A stretch of 42,672 bases of DNA from Sedimentisphaerales bacterium (GTDB lineage: Bacteria; Planctomycetota; Phycisphaerae; Sedimentisphaerales; Anaerobacaceae): NCBI GenBank assembly GCA_016933985.1, contig JAFGTU010000432.1, positions 1 through 42,672 of the forward strand, read 5' to 3'. This document shows, piece after piece, positions 33,496 to 42,672 of this stretch. Made by a program: the position numbers and the translations under genes. Each line of letters starts with the position of its first letter. The first letter of the stretch is position 1. The notes below the pieces were generated by a model, which saw only the letters and a list, made by a program, of their open reading frames with translations, did not search any database and was not told the origin of the DNA.

Positions 33496-34893
33496 ATGGA
33501 GATAGACACGCAGATTCATTGGTGTGAAGGACTGTTCCTTCAGCCGCATCATCTTCAAGCCATGCAGAGGAGTGTGCTGGATAAGTTCGCAAGAGAACGC
33601 CGCTTCTTGAGGAATTACGCCTACGGTGTAGTAGAAGCGAAGGTGTCTGACGATGAACTCGAGAACATGCGCGTGCGATTTGATCGCCTTCGGGTGCTGA
33701 TGCCCAGCGGCTTGGAGGTGAATGTTCCCGATAATGCCGATCTGCCTGCGCGTGATATAAAGGAGGCATTTGTTTCCAGTGGCGGCGCCTTGACCATTAT
33801 GCTTGGCGTCCCCCTCTGGTATGCGTCGAGAAGGAATGTTGTTGCAGACAGCACATCCGAAGACCATCGCGCGAATTACGCATACCGAGTCGCCGAGATT
33901 GAAAGAGTAGATGAAAACACCGGCGAGAATCCTCAACCAATCCAGATTCGTCGAGTAAATGCCCGTCTTCTGATTGAGGGACGTGATGATGTGTCCGATC
34001 TCGAAGTAATGCCGCTGCTGAGGATTGTCGGCACTGCCGTTGAAGACGTTGCAATACCGCGACGAGATCCGGATTATATCCCCCCGTGCCTCACGATCAG
34101 CGGTTCTCCTGTACTGCGAGAACTCGTACGCGATATTGCCAGCCAGATCATGGCCAGTCGCAACGAGCTTGTCTTGAAACTCGGCCAAAGGGATTTTGCT
34201 ATTGAGAACCTGCGAGGCCGTCAATTCGAACAAGTACTCCGCCTCAGAACCCTCAATAAGTTCGGCGGTGTTTTAGACTCGCTGGTTCGGACGCCAAGGA
34301 GTCTGCCGACGTTTGAAATGTATCTGTTGCTGCGGGAGTGCCTCGGCGAGCTTGCGGCCTTGCGGCCGCAGAGTGACCAATTCCAGGTCGCTGAGTATGA
34401 CCATGATAATCCTGCACTTGCATTCAATGAGCTGTATGTCAAGATACGCTCGCTCATAAAAGGCTCGATCGGGCCTACATATCTTGAGATACCCTTCACG
34501 AGGAATACCGAAGGTAAACTCTGTTTCTTCGAGGCGGTTCTGACCGACCAGGCGATTTCGTCGGCGCTCGAGTACTTCCTCTCAATCAAAACGGAAACCA
34601 GTCCGCAGCAGTTGTTGAGTTTGGTGGAAGATCCCGACAAGTTCAAACTCATGCCGGCGAGTTTCAAAGACCGGATGGTTTTCGGCGTGAAATTGAAACA
34701 CGAATCCTACCAACCCGTTGAGCTGCCTGCTCAAAAGGGCATGCACTATTTTCGGTTGCTTCGGGCGGACAGTGTTCGCATGTGGGATAGGATTTTGCGG
34801 GAAAAAGCAATTGCAGCAACATGGCCCGGAGCGGAGAACTCCGACTTTGACATGAAACTGTATATGACAATTCCGGAAATGGAGGAAAAGTAA
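33496..34893 (+). CDS. tssK: TssK baseplate protein
   Basis: IHWCEGLFLQPHHLQAMQR signature. AGGAG lies upstream. Confidence 0.95.
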   Translation: MEIDTQIHWCEGLFLQPHHLQAMQRSVLDKFARERRFLRNYAYGVVEAKVSDDELENMRVRFDRLRVLMPSGLEVNVPDNADLPARDIKEAFVSSGGALTIMLGVPLWYASRRNVVADSTSEDHRANYAYRVAEIERVDENTGENPQPIQIRRVNARLLIEGRDDVSDLEVMPLLRIVGTAVEDVAIPRRDPDYIPPCLTISGSPVLRELVRDIASQIMASRNELVLKLGQRDFAIENLRGRQFEQVLRLRTLNKFGGVLDSLVRTPRSLPTFEMYLLLRECLGELAALRPQSDQFQVAEYDHDNPALAFNELYVKIRSLIKGSIGPTYLEIPFTRNTEGKLCFFEAVLTDQAISSALEYFLSIKTETSPQQLLSLVEDPDKFKLMPASFKDRMVFGVKLKHESYQPVELPAQKGMHYFRLLRADSVRMWDRILREKAIAATWPGAENSDFDMKLYMTIPEMEEK

Positions 34894-35601
34894 ATGTCAT
34901 TGCTTGGACTTTGTGAACCGGCTTTCCAGTATGTCTGCCGACTTCATCGGTCGGCGCAGAAAGGCTGCACGCTCGATATCCATAAGGTGCGCAGTGAAAT
35001 CAAACAGATACTGGATCAAACAAAATCGACCGCTGCCGCTAAGCCGGAAGCAGCCTCCCAATATGAGAAGGTTGAATTGCCTCTGATCTTTTTCATCGAT
35101 TTTATGGCCAAAGAAAGAAAACTCGGCTTCGGCGCCGACTGGGTCGAATTAGCAAGTGAAAGGCAAGAGCTGGCTGGCGACGAGAAGTTCTTTGACCTGC
35201 TCGATATAGAATTGGCCGACCCGAGCAAGGCCGCCACGGAGCGACTTGCGGTATATTACACCTGTCTTGGGTTAGGTTTTACGGGCATCTATTTTGATGA
35301 GCCGGAAATGATTCGCAAGCTCATGTCCAGAATATCCGCCCGTCTTGCCGGCATAACCGACGGAGGCCAGAAGTCATACCTTTGCCCTCAGGCCTATGAA
35401 AACGTGGACACACGCGATTTTACGGAGCCACCGGGCAGAAAACTCACATATGTAGCAATTGGTTTGGTCTCTCTTGTCATTGTATGGTTAGTCGTGTATG
35501 TAGGCTATTTCTGGAGCGCCGCAAGGCAAGTGAGCAAAGACCTTAAGATTGTTAACGAGGCGAAAGCCGAAAGCTCCGTCCAACATGGTAACGAAAAATA
35601 G
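34894..35601 (+). CDS. tssL: TssL (DotU-family) membrane-complex protein, without a peptidoglycan-binding extension
   Basis: DotU-like cytoplasmic domain (LPLIFFIDFMAKE, ERLAVYYTCLGLGFTGIY) and a single C-terminal TM helix (LTYVAIGLVSLVIVWLVVYVGYFW), followed by only ~25 aa. The ATG directly abuts the tssK stop (TAAATG). Confidence 0.9.
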   Translation: MSLLGLCEPAFQYVCRLHRSAQKGCTLDIHKVRSEIKQILDQTKSTAAAKPEAASQYEKVELPLIFFIDFMAKERKLGFGADWVELASERQELAGDEKFFDLLDIELADPSKAATERLAVYYTCLGLGFTGIYFDEPEMIRKLMSRISARLAGITDGGQKSYLCPQAYENVDTRDFTEPPGRKLTYVAIGLVSLVIVWLVVYVGYFWSAARQVSKDLKIVNEAKAESSVQHGNEK

Positions 35602-35622
35602 CCCTCGGAGGGTTTGCAAGCT

Positions 35623-38600
35623 ATGCTATCCCAAATGTCTAATCTTCGAGATGTACCGAAGCCCGTGCAGGTGGCCGCTCTGTTAGCTGGCGGCGGCGGC
35701 GTTGCGGCCGTTGCCATACTCGCGCCAAGATTTGCGATCGCCCTTTTCATTGGACTGGCTGTGGTCGCCGCCGCGCTGTTTCTGTTCCGTCGCACCATAA
35801 AATGGCGAAACCAGCACAGGTCTGCTCCGATGGAGGAAGGAGTCCTCAGAAGCGGCGCTCCGCTGCTCAGAAAAGCCGACGAGAAGGTGAAAATAGACAA
35901 TTTGCGAAGGAGATTTGAAGACGGCATAGACAAGTTTCGCGAGGCGGGCAAGAATTTCTACAGTCTGCCGTGGTTTATGATTGTAGGCGAGCCGGGGTCG
36001 GGTAAGACAGAGGCAATACGTCACTGCAACGTCGGCTTCCCGCCTGGCCTGCAGGACGAATATCAGGGCGTTGGCGGCACCATCAATATGAACTGGTGGT
36101 TTACGAACTACGGCGTTATTATTGACACTGCAGGCCGGCTAATGTTCGAAGATGTCGAGGCCGGCGGCACCAAGGAGTGGAGAGAGTTTCTCAATCTTCT
36201 GAAGAAGTACCGCCCATATTGCCCTATAAACGGGGTCTTTCTGGTGATACCTGCCGACAGCCTCGTCAAGGATACGGCCGAGCAGATACAGCAGAAGGCA
36301 TCACAAATAGCCCAGCAGTTCAATGTCATTCAACGGACTCTCGCTGTGAGGTTCCCCGTCTTTGTTGTCGTTACAAAGTGCGATTTGGTGATGGGCTTCA
36401 GGGAGTTCTTCGACGGACTCAATAATCCGGAGCTTCAGCATCAGATGTTTGGCTGGTCCAATCCTGCCATGATCGACCAGCCTTACAACCGCGAGTTCGT
36501 CCGCCAGCACCTGCAAACCGTTCAGGATCGACTTCTCCGCCGCAGGCTTTCACTCTTGCTGGAGTTGGCTGGCGACGACGCAGCAGCCCATGAAAGCGCA
36601 TCCATCAACGCTCTGTACTCATTCCCCAAAAGTCTCGCACAGTTGGCCCCGCGAATGGCACGATACCTTGACCTGATCTTCGGCGCCGGCGGTGAGTGGG
36701 GGGCCAAGCCCGTCTTCTTCCGCGGCATATACTTCACATCTTCGATGCAGGAGGGCGCCGCGCTCGATGAAGATCTTGCTCAGGCTCTGGGCATATCGGT
36801 CGAGTCACTGCCTGAAGGCCCGGCTTGGACACGCGACCGCGCGTATTTCCTGCGGGACCTTTTTGTCAAAAAGGTATTTCCGGAGAAAGGCCTAGTCAGC
36901 ACCGCCGTCAATGCGAGCAAGCACTATGTCCGCAAAAGGATGGTTTTTTGGCTCTCGGTCGCGGCCGCGATCCTCCTTCTTTTGATATATACAATTCATG
37001 CCGAGCGCAGGTTTGAAAAAACTGTCGGGCGCGTCGAGAGCCATGTCGCAAAGGCGGCAACCGCTATGAAAGACAATTCGTTGGACATGGTGGAGTTTCC
37101 GGGAAGACAAAATGATCGAGTGTACTGGGACAAAGAAACAGGCGTGGTTGACATGAAGCGTCAACCAGTGCGCCGGTACCAGTTCTACAACGATTTTCAA
37201 GTGGTCATTGATGGCTGGAATAAGGAGATGGAGAAGGGCGGAAGGTGGCTTCTGCTTCCGTTGAGAAAACTCTCCAACATCGACACGGCTGAAATGCAGC
37301 TTGCACTGAAGAATATCTTTGAACACGGCGCGATAAAGAATTTCTATGAGGAGACATGTGAACTGTTGGCGTCTCCGCCGTCTGTTGAGGATTGGACTGT
37401 TAGCTCCAGCGAGTTGCGCGTGTTGGCCCAGTTGATAAAACTGCGGTCCAGCAGAGCGGCGTTAGCACCAGCGAACCCAAGCGACGAATACACTGCAAAT
37501 CGTTTCTTTGATCCTTTCTGCGACTATTGGCGCGCTCGCGAAAGTAGGGCGGGTGGCGACGTGTCGGCAACCTTAAACGCCGTGTTCGCAGACCTTTACG
37601 TACCTACTCCGACCGCACCGGCAGCATTTGCGTGGCCGCCCCCGTTTCTGAACGAAGACTCGGCACTCAACGAGGTTGCAAGCCAGAGTATCACCGCCGC
37701 CGTCGGTCGATTCGTCAAGGATTGCGATCCGAATAACCGCGGCAACACCAAAGCCCTAAAGAACCTGTTCGCTGTTCTCCAAGATTTCAACAATGCCGAA
37801 GAAGAGCTCTGGAAGCTCAAGGACCGCGACATTGGTTCCTTTAGAGACGCAAAGGACGGCTGGCCAGTTCGCTTTGGCGCCCTCAAAAAAGCCAGAGATA
37901 GTATCGACAACCTTCTGCAGAATGACCCCAACCTTAGTGGCATTACTACCTCTCTCAAAAGCAAGTATGATGAATTGATCAAAGAAGGGCAAGGAAACGC
38001 GCTCGAAGCGTATGACGTTTTGCTTAAGGCCTTTGGATACGACGACGCTCAGAAGGGATTGCCCGATCAGATAGCGAAAGCGTGGTCCAAAGCCGATAAG
38101 CCGGTCGAAATTCTGGTGGAAGGGAGAAAGAAGTGGCTTGAACTTGAAAAGAATGATTCTCAGGGTAAGCGCGCTGCCGATCTTGACAGGAAGCTCTGGG
38201 GCGGAAAAGAGCGTTTATATCAGCTCCGCTATCAGAAGTATGCCAGTGTCGATGGACTGGACTGCACGTATGACGATCCTGTTTCAGTTCATGGTGATTC
38301 GGGAGAGAAGGCTGCGGATGTTATCACCAGAGACGCCAAAGCTGTTAATAATGCTATTGAAAAGCTGAAGGAGAACAGGCCCACCCCGGGAGCTTACGGT
38401 TTCGATGAAGCCGAAGCCTTGTGCGAGTATGCATTGAATCTGGCTAAGGATAAGCGCATCGACGATGTAGTAGAAAAAGCCTTGAAAAGCGCAGCTCCGG
38501 ACTCTGCCTGGCTGATCGGTAAGATTGCAGACAAAGTTACGACGGCGATAACCTATCTGAACGATTGGGTGACCTTCGGGGGATATGTCGGGAAGGGCTC

Positions 38601-39828
38601 GACGCTCCGCAAAGGATACGACGCCAAGGACGAAGTCTATAAGGGCTATATCCGCGACTATTGGCTGGGGACATACTTGAAGAACTGGATTGGTGATAAT
38701 ATTCCCAAGGAGAACACCTGGGCTAATCAGCACGGCAAACTCAGCCAATCTGACTATTCTAAAGCACGCAACGATCTCAAGAACCTGGGAGACAGCGTTA
38801 ACGGTGTTGTTGCCGCAATTTTCCCCGAAGGATCTCAAGACCAGACTATCAAGGATTTCAGGGAAAGCCGTGACATGTTGAATAAGATCGGTCCCGACGA
38901 CCCTTACCGGTATGTCGTGGCGGAATGGACCGGGCTGACAGATACGGAACAAGCCCGGGGGAGTGCCTACGCCGCACAATATGCCTTGCTCAATAAGAGC
39001 CCCAGGGATTTTCTCGACGAGAACTTTCCTGCAAGAGACCCCGAGGTTCCCCCTTCGCGATTCGTCGAATCGTATTGGTGGAATTTGTCTTTCGAGACCC
39101 TAAAGGTCCTGGCCAAAGAGCCGCCGGGCTTGTCGCCGGAAGCTAAGGTGCTTCTCAGTCCATCCGTCTATTACAAGTATCCTATAGTCCCGAAGGCAGA
39201 GTACGAACTTACAACAGCAGAATTCGACAAGGCAAAGGAAGTGTGGGAGAATATTAGGAAAGGGCCCGTTTATAAGCCGGGGACTATTGGAACAGGTCTT
39301 TATACCGCTATTCCTGATACTCTGGTTACCTATCTCAAAGATCTGAAGAGAATAGCGGAATCATCTCAAACACCAGATGAAATCAAGAAGATAGGCGGGC
39401 GAATCGACTACGTTTCTACAATACGGACGTCCTATGACCTTAGGCTGAGCGTTTGCGCAGAAGGCAACGAGGAAATCTTTAAGGTGCTCCAATATGTTGA
39501 GCTGGAGGGTGATAATCTGACACGTGCGGAGAACCGCCCAAGGACCGATCCTCCGGCCGATGCGCACCTTGCCGACATGCATTGGCCGGGCGGGCCGTTC
39601 AAGTTCGACTTTTACCAAGGCCCGGCAGACCGCACGCCTGAGCATAGTCAGCCCTCGCCTATTTCGGGACAATGGATACTCATGCGAGTGCTGGACTATG
39701 CTTATCCTGAACAGAGAGGAGATGGCAAATGGCCAAGGCCGATAGCGTACGGCGGAAAACAGTATCAGCTTACCATTGTGGTTAAGCCGGTCCAGACATC
39801 CAGGAACTCTGTGATATTGAGGCCTTGA
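35623..39828 (+). CDS. tssM: TssM (IcmF-family) membrane-complex protein
   Basis: Two N-terminal TM helices, Walker A GEPGSGKT, DTAGR, a third TM helix (MVFWLSVAAAILLLLIYTI), then a ~950-aa periplasmic region. Start refined to ATG 35623. The track start at 35614 is a TTG only 2 nt from GGAGG. Confidence 0.9.
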   Translation: MLSQMSNLRDVPKPVQVAALLAGGGGVAAVAILAPRFAIALFIGLAVVAAALFLFRRTIKWRNQHRSAPMEEGVLRSGAPLLRKADEKVKIDNLRRRFEDGIDKFREAGKNFYSLPWFMIVGEPGSGKTEAIRHCNVGFPPGLQDEYQGVGGTINMNWWFTNYGVIIDTAGRLMFEDVEAGGTKEWREFLNLLKKYRPYCPINGVFLVIPADSLVKDTAEQIQQKASQIAQQFNVIQRTLAVRFPVFVVVTKCDLVMGFREFFDGLNNPELQHQMFGWSNPAMIDQPYNREFVRQHLQTVQDRLLRRRLSLLLELAGDDAAAHESASINALYSFPKSLAQLAPRMARYLDLIFGAGGEWGAKPVFFRGIYFTSSMQEGAALDEDLAQALGISVESLPEGPAWTRDRAYFLRDLFVKKVFPEKGLVSTAVNASKHYVRKRMVFWLSVAAAILLLLIYTIHAERRFEKTVGRVESHVAKAATAMKDNSLDMVEFPGRQNDRVYWDKETGVVDMKRQPVRRYQFYNDFQVVIDGWNKEMEKGGRWLLLPLRKLSNIDTAEMQLALKNIFEHGAIKNFYEETCELLASPPSVEDWTVSSSELRVLAQLIKLRSSRAALAPANPSDEYTANRFFDPFCDYWRARESRAGGDVSATLNAVFADLYVPTPTAPAAFAWPPPFLNEDSALNEVASQSITAAVGRFVKDCDPNNRGNTKALKNLFAVLQDFNNAEEELWKLKDRDIGSFRDAKDGWPVRFGALKKARDSIDNLLQNDPNLSGITTSLKSKYDELIKEGQGNALEAYDVLLKAFGYDDAQKGLPDQIAKAWSKADKPVEILVEGRKKWLELEKNDSQGKRAADLDRKLWGGKERLYQLRYQKYASVDGLDCTYDDPVSVHGDSGEKAADVITRDAKAVNNAIEKLKENRPTPGAYGFDEAEALCEYALNLAKDKRIDDVVEKALKSAAPDSAWLIGKIADKVTTAITYLNDWVTFGGYVGKGSTLRKGYDAKDEVYKGYIRDYWLGTYLKNWIGDNIPKENTWANQHGKLSQSDYSKARNDLKNLGDSVNGVVAAIFPEGSQDQTIKDFRESRDMLNKIGPDDPYRYVVAEWTGLTDTEQARGSAYAAQYALLNKSPRDFLDENFPARDPEVPPSRFVESYWWNLSFETLKVLAKEPPGLSPEAKVLLSPSVYYKYPIVPKAEYELTTAEFDKAKEVWENIRKGPVYKPGTIGTGLYTAIPDTLVTYLKDLKRIAESSQTPDEIKKIGGRIDYVSTIRTSYDLRLSVCAEGNEEIFKVLQYVELEGDNLTRAENRPRTDPPADAHLADMHWPGGPFKFDFYQGPADRTPEHSQPSPISGQWILMRVLDYAYPEQRGDGKWPRPIAYGGKQYQLTIVVKPVQTSRNSVILRP

Positions 39829-39848
39829 TTTTCGAGAGGTGAACACTA

Positions 39849-40865
39849 TTGAAGAACAAGCTTAGATTCCCATCGCAGATATGTGAATCGCTTAAGCGCA
39901 TCTCCGATAAGGTCAAGGGCGGCCTGCACTTGACGGGTCAAAGCAGCGATTCTGGCTGGGGTATTTCTGTGGCGGCTTTTGGAAAGCATCCCGGCTGGAA
40001 CGACCACATGGAAGATATCGGCCTCGATACCGATGTCCTTGCTGAATTGAAACGCGTTCTGTATTTGGAAGGGATCGGACGAAATATCGACAAAGGAACC
40101 TGGGGCAAGGACAAAGACAAGCCCGCGCCAAGGGACTATGGGCATGAGTTTCTCTGGGTCAGAGGCAATGACATTGTCGCCGGACGATTGTGGCCGTCTC
40201 GAGACGGCAAGGGCCGATCCGAATACCCTATGATTGCTTGTGTGCACTGCTCCGGCTTGTCGCTCAAGTTCGCCGTCAAGACAGTATATCCGTTGCTCGA
40301 AAAGATCGAGCGGTTGTGTGTTGAAACTGATTCGGCCGATAAGGTGCGGCAGGCAGTCGACACTGCTCGTGCGAAGCTCGTGCAATTTGTTGAATCGGAT
40401 TTGTCGGTGGTAGGGCTTAGCATTGATTATCACCGCGCAATTGCCGAACTGACTACCCTGTTTCACACTGGGTCCGGACAAGAGGGGCTCATTCGAGTTC
40501 TTTATCACATGGATCGCGATGGCGTAGGTATCTGTCAGACACCGGGCAGAACGGTCTTCCTGCAGCAGAGATCACACGCTCGTGTTCCAGCGCCGCCCGA
40601 TCTCCATCGCGAGGCTGCTTGTTCGTGGGCAGAGTTTATCTTCGGCCGATTGGGTCGGACCGCCACCGTTCTCGTCCTCATGCCGTGGGGAGAATCCTGG
40701 ATGGACGTAATAATCGGCGAATTTACTTCTACAGAGTTGTATTGCCTGCGGGCCTCTTTAAGGGCGATCACTCTCGACAGCGATGTCGCCTACGACATAG
40801 ACGCCCGTTTCAGAGATAGAATCAACCATCTTTTTCAAAATCTGCCAGCTGGCCGCGACGCCTAA
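39849..40865 (+). CDS. tagF: TagF (DUF2094-family) T6SS accessory/repressor-like protein
   Basis: AAFGKHPGWNDHM and GRLWPSRDGKGRSEYPMIACV match the TagF signature (F-G-K-x-P...D and P-S-x-D-x-x-G-R-x-[FY]-P). It lies immediately downstream of tssM, as in H1-type loci. The only start upstream of the motif is TTG 39849, with GAGAGG 9 nt upstream. Confidence 0.8.
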   Translation: MKNKLRFPSQICESLKRISDKVKGGLHLTGQSSDSGWGISVAAFGKHPGWNDHMEDIGLDTDVLAELKRVLYLEGIGRNIDKGTWGKDKDKPAPRDYGHEFLWVRGNDIVAGRLWPSRDGKGRSEYPMIACVHCSGLSLKFAVKTVYPLLEKIERLCVETDSADKVRQAVDTARAKLVQFVESDLSVVGLSIDYHRAIAELTTLFHTGSGQEGLIRVLYHMDRDGVGICQTPGRTVFLQQRSHARVPAPPDLHREAACSWAEFIFGRLGRTATVLVLMPWGESWMDVIIGEFTSTELYCLRASLRAITLDSDVAYDIDARFRDRINHLFQNLPAGRDA

Positions 40866-41205
40866 TACTCGATTCTGGTATAGAAAAGTCGTTCTTGTGC
40901 AAAAGCGCCGCCGAAAGCGCGGATAGGAGGTTCGACGCAAGTTATTGAGCATGAAGATACGCCGGCAGCCGCTCAAGAAGAGGATTGGTGCGTTGACTAT
41001 GGAAAACGAATTACTCCACGATAAAGCCAATAAGCAATCCCATGCTCCTCTATGGACTGATTCTTTTGCCAGTCGCATCCCCTCAATTCTGCTGTTCGAG
41101 ACCGGAATTACTGTGAACTCCTGGTGTCAAGGGGCGCTTAAAACCAGCCAGTATGGGCGCGTTCCGGACCTGGAGTCTGGAGAGATATTGGGTGGCAACC
41201 TCAAT

Positions 41206-42060
41206 CTACCGACGAGCGCCCGACAGTTCAGGCTGAACCTGTCTTTGTGGGGCAACGGCAGGTGCCGCAAGCTCATGGAACGTAGGCAGAAATGCGCCCA
41301 GCTTGATCTTGACCGCGACAACATTCCCCTCCGCCCACATCCGGACTTTACCCTCGCCAAAGTTGATGTGGTCGAATCCGATGCCGTTGGGATCGGTGAT
41401 TCTCGGCGCCAAGACAGGCGACCGCTCCAGGCCGCGGATAATAGCATCCAAGACCTGCTTGATGAGCAGCACGTTGACGTCGAGGCGTCCTTCGGTCGAA
41501 CGCGATACCTCTGTCCCGCCGTCAAGCTCGCGGGAATCTCTGCTGAGGTTTTCGCCAATCCTCTTCAACAGAGCCACTTCCCCCAGCTCTTTCGTATCGC
41601 CAAGCTTCTTAAGTTCCTCTTCATCCAGCAGCATCTCGCAGTCGAACCTGAAACCCCGCCCAAACGTGAACCTTTTTTCCACTTTCTCATCAACCACGAA
41701 GAAGTATTTTCGTATTACGCTCAACTCATATTCATGAAAGGCGACCATAGTGAACCAGGTCTTGTACCCTTCTTTGCTTTGCCCGAGCGAGGCAACAACG
41801 CTTTCGCTTTGACTGAGCAGCTCGTTTTTAGACTGTCCAATCCTGGGCAGCACGTCGAGGGTAAGACTCTTCTTGATTCTGGTCTGGTCATACGCTGCGG
41901 AAAGCTCTTTGTCGTACAGATGATCCTTTGGCTGTATCCAGGCCTGTGGGTATGTCAGCGAGCAACCGCAAATACAGAAAAGGCAGGCCAAGGCAAGAGA
42001 AACATAATGAAGAGTCCTTGCCCCGAATTGTTCACCTGGCACTCCAAATGTTGAGCTCAT
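41206..42060 (-). CDS. Lipoprotein (284 aa), function unknown
   Basis: Start refined to ATG 42060, with AAGGAG (42068-42073) 7 nt upstream. The signal peptide plus lipobox reads ...YVSLALACLFCICG|C. The protein-like composition contrasts with the antisense 369-aa ORF on the plus strand. Confidence 0.65.
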   Translation of the reverse strand: MSSTFGVPGEQFGARTLHYVSLALACLFCICGCSLTYPQAWIQPKDHLYDKELSAAYDQTRIKKSLTLDVLPRIGQSKNELLSQSESVVASLGQSKEGYKTWFTMVAFHEYELSVIRKYFFVVDEKVEKRFTFGRGFRFDCEMLLDEEELKKLGDTKELGEVALLKRIGENLSRDSRELDGGTEVSRSTEGRLDVNVLLIKQVLDAIIRGLERSPVLAPRITDPNGIGFDHINFGEGKVRMWAEGNVVAVKIKLGAFLPTFHELAAPAVAPQRQVQPELSGARR

Positions 42061-42121
42061 GGCATTTCTCCTTCTGAAAAAACGGTTTTGCGGCGCTATG
42101 GACAACCGCCGCGAATACCGC

Positions 42122-42672
42122 CTATACCTCCTTTGATTCGATCCATTTCATCATTTTGCGCAGTTTTCGCCCGACGGTCTCAAGCTGGCTGCCGTGGTCT
42201 TTGTTATACAGTTCGTTGAAGTTCTTCAGGCCGGATTTGTACTCGCCGACCCATTCCTTGGCGAATTCGCCGGATGTGATTTCCGAGAGTATCTTTTTCA
42301 TTTCCGCCCTGGTTTGCTGGGTGATTATCCTCGATCCGCGGGTCAAGTCTCCGTATTCGGCGGTGTTCGATATGCTGTATCTCATATAGCTCAGTCCGCC
42401 CTGATACATAAGGTCGACTATAAGCTTCACTTCGTGCATACACTCGAAATAGGCGATTTCAGGCTGATAGCCCGCTGCGACAAGCGTTTCGAATCCCGCT
42501 TTGATAAGCGCCGTGAGGCCCCCGCAAAGAACAACCTGCTCCCCGAAGAGGTCGGTCTCGGTTTCCTCTTTGTATGTGGTCTCGATAATGCCCGCCCGCG
42601 CCCCGCCTATTCCATTGGCCCAGGCAAGTGCGATCTGCCTGGCGTCGCCGGTTGCATCCTGCTCAACAGCCA
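42122..42672 (-). CDS. ilvC: Ketol-acid reductoisomerase, C-terminal part (5' end lies outside the window)
   Basis: [46 protein letters not shown]...FAKEW is the conserved IlvC C-terminal knotted domain. The frame stays open upstream of the track Met to the window edge (...[31 protein letters not shown]). Confidence 0.9.
   Translation of the reverse strand, partial: AVEQDATGDARQIALAWANGIGGARAGIIETTYKEETETDLFGEQVVLCGGLTALIKAGFETLVAAGYQPEIAYFECMHEVKLIVDLMYQGGLSYMRYSISNTAEYGDLTRGSRIITQQTRAEMKKILSEITSGEFAKEWVGEYKSGLKNFNELYNKDHGSQLETVGRKLRKMMKWIESKEV

Noticed and set aside
33379-34233. 284-aa minus-strand ORF overlapping the end of the 312-aa gene and tssK
   Set aside because: It is antisense to TssK, which has an unmistakable signature. 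The composition is not protein-like and there is no SD.
38284-38979. 231-aa minus-strand ORF inside tssM
   Set aside because: It is antisense to tssM and is a typical shadow ORF in GC-rich coding sequence.
39846-40508. 220-aa minus-strand ORF overlapping tagF
   Set aside because: The plus-strand frame carries clear TagF signature motifs and fits the operon. The minus ORF has no motif and no SD.
40945-42054. 369-aa plus-strand ORF opposite the 284-aa lipoprotein gene
   Set aside because: The minus-strand frame has a strong AAGGAG SD, a signal peptide, a lipobox and protein-like composition. The plus-frame translation is Arg/Leu/Pro/Ser-rich shadow sequence.
1-42672. Search for CRISPR arrays, IS elements, transposases, integrases, prophage or rRNA/tRNA genes
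   Set aside because: No direct-repeat/spacer periodicity, terminal inverted repeats, DDE or tyrosine-recombinase-like ORFs, or structured RNA genes were seen. The only strong repeats are the in-frame coding repeats of the adhesin-like gene.

Overview
The window is dominated by one near-complete type VI secretion system (T6SS) locus of about 37 kb (nt 3189-40865), arranged as two divergent arms around a 776-bp control region (23593-24368). The plus arm is tssA-tssB-tssC-hcp-tagJ-tssE-tssF-tssG-[312-aa unknown]-tssK-tssL-tssM-tagF. The minus arm is [242-aa Cys/His/Asp protein]-[SAM methyltransferase]-clpV-vgrG-[LysM/PG-binding protein]-[988-aa metallophosphoesterase]-[pentapeptide-repeat protein]-PAAR-[661-aa kinase-like remnant]-[lipoprotein]-[1339-aa membrane pseudokinase fused to an FGE-sulfatase domain]. 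Core genes were called from signature motifs in the translations. Several starts were refined from Shine-Dalgarno spacing, because AAGGAG-type sites are very clear in this genome. Gene content and order (tagJ, tagF, a kinase, an FGE domain) recall the Pseudomonas aeruginosa H1-type (i3) T6SS. However, I find no recognisable TssJ at the canonical slot, no FHA protein and no PP2C phosphatase, and the kinase has a degenerate catalytic core. The most interesting parts are three. First, a PpkA-like/TagR-like fusion that looks catalytically dead. Second, a spike-associated cargo module (vgrG with a C-terminal beta-sandwich, a LysM/PG-binding protein, a large calcineurin-like metallophosphoesterase, a pentapeptide-repeat protein and PAAR) with no obvious immunity gene. 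Third, orphan proteins that sit where Fha/TssJ would be expected. Flanks are the 3' part of a huge repetitive adhesin-like gene on the left and a lipoprotein gene plus the 3' part of ilvC on the right. I saw no rRNA, tRNA, CRISPR array, transposase or integrase. All domain calls come from reading motifs by eye; no database search was run.
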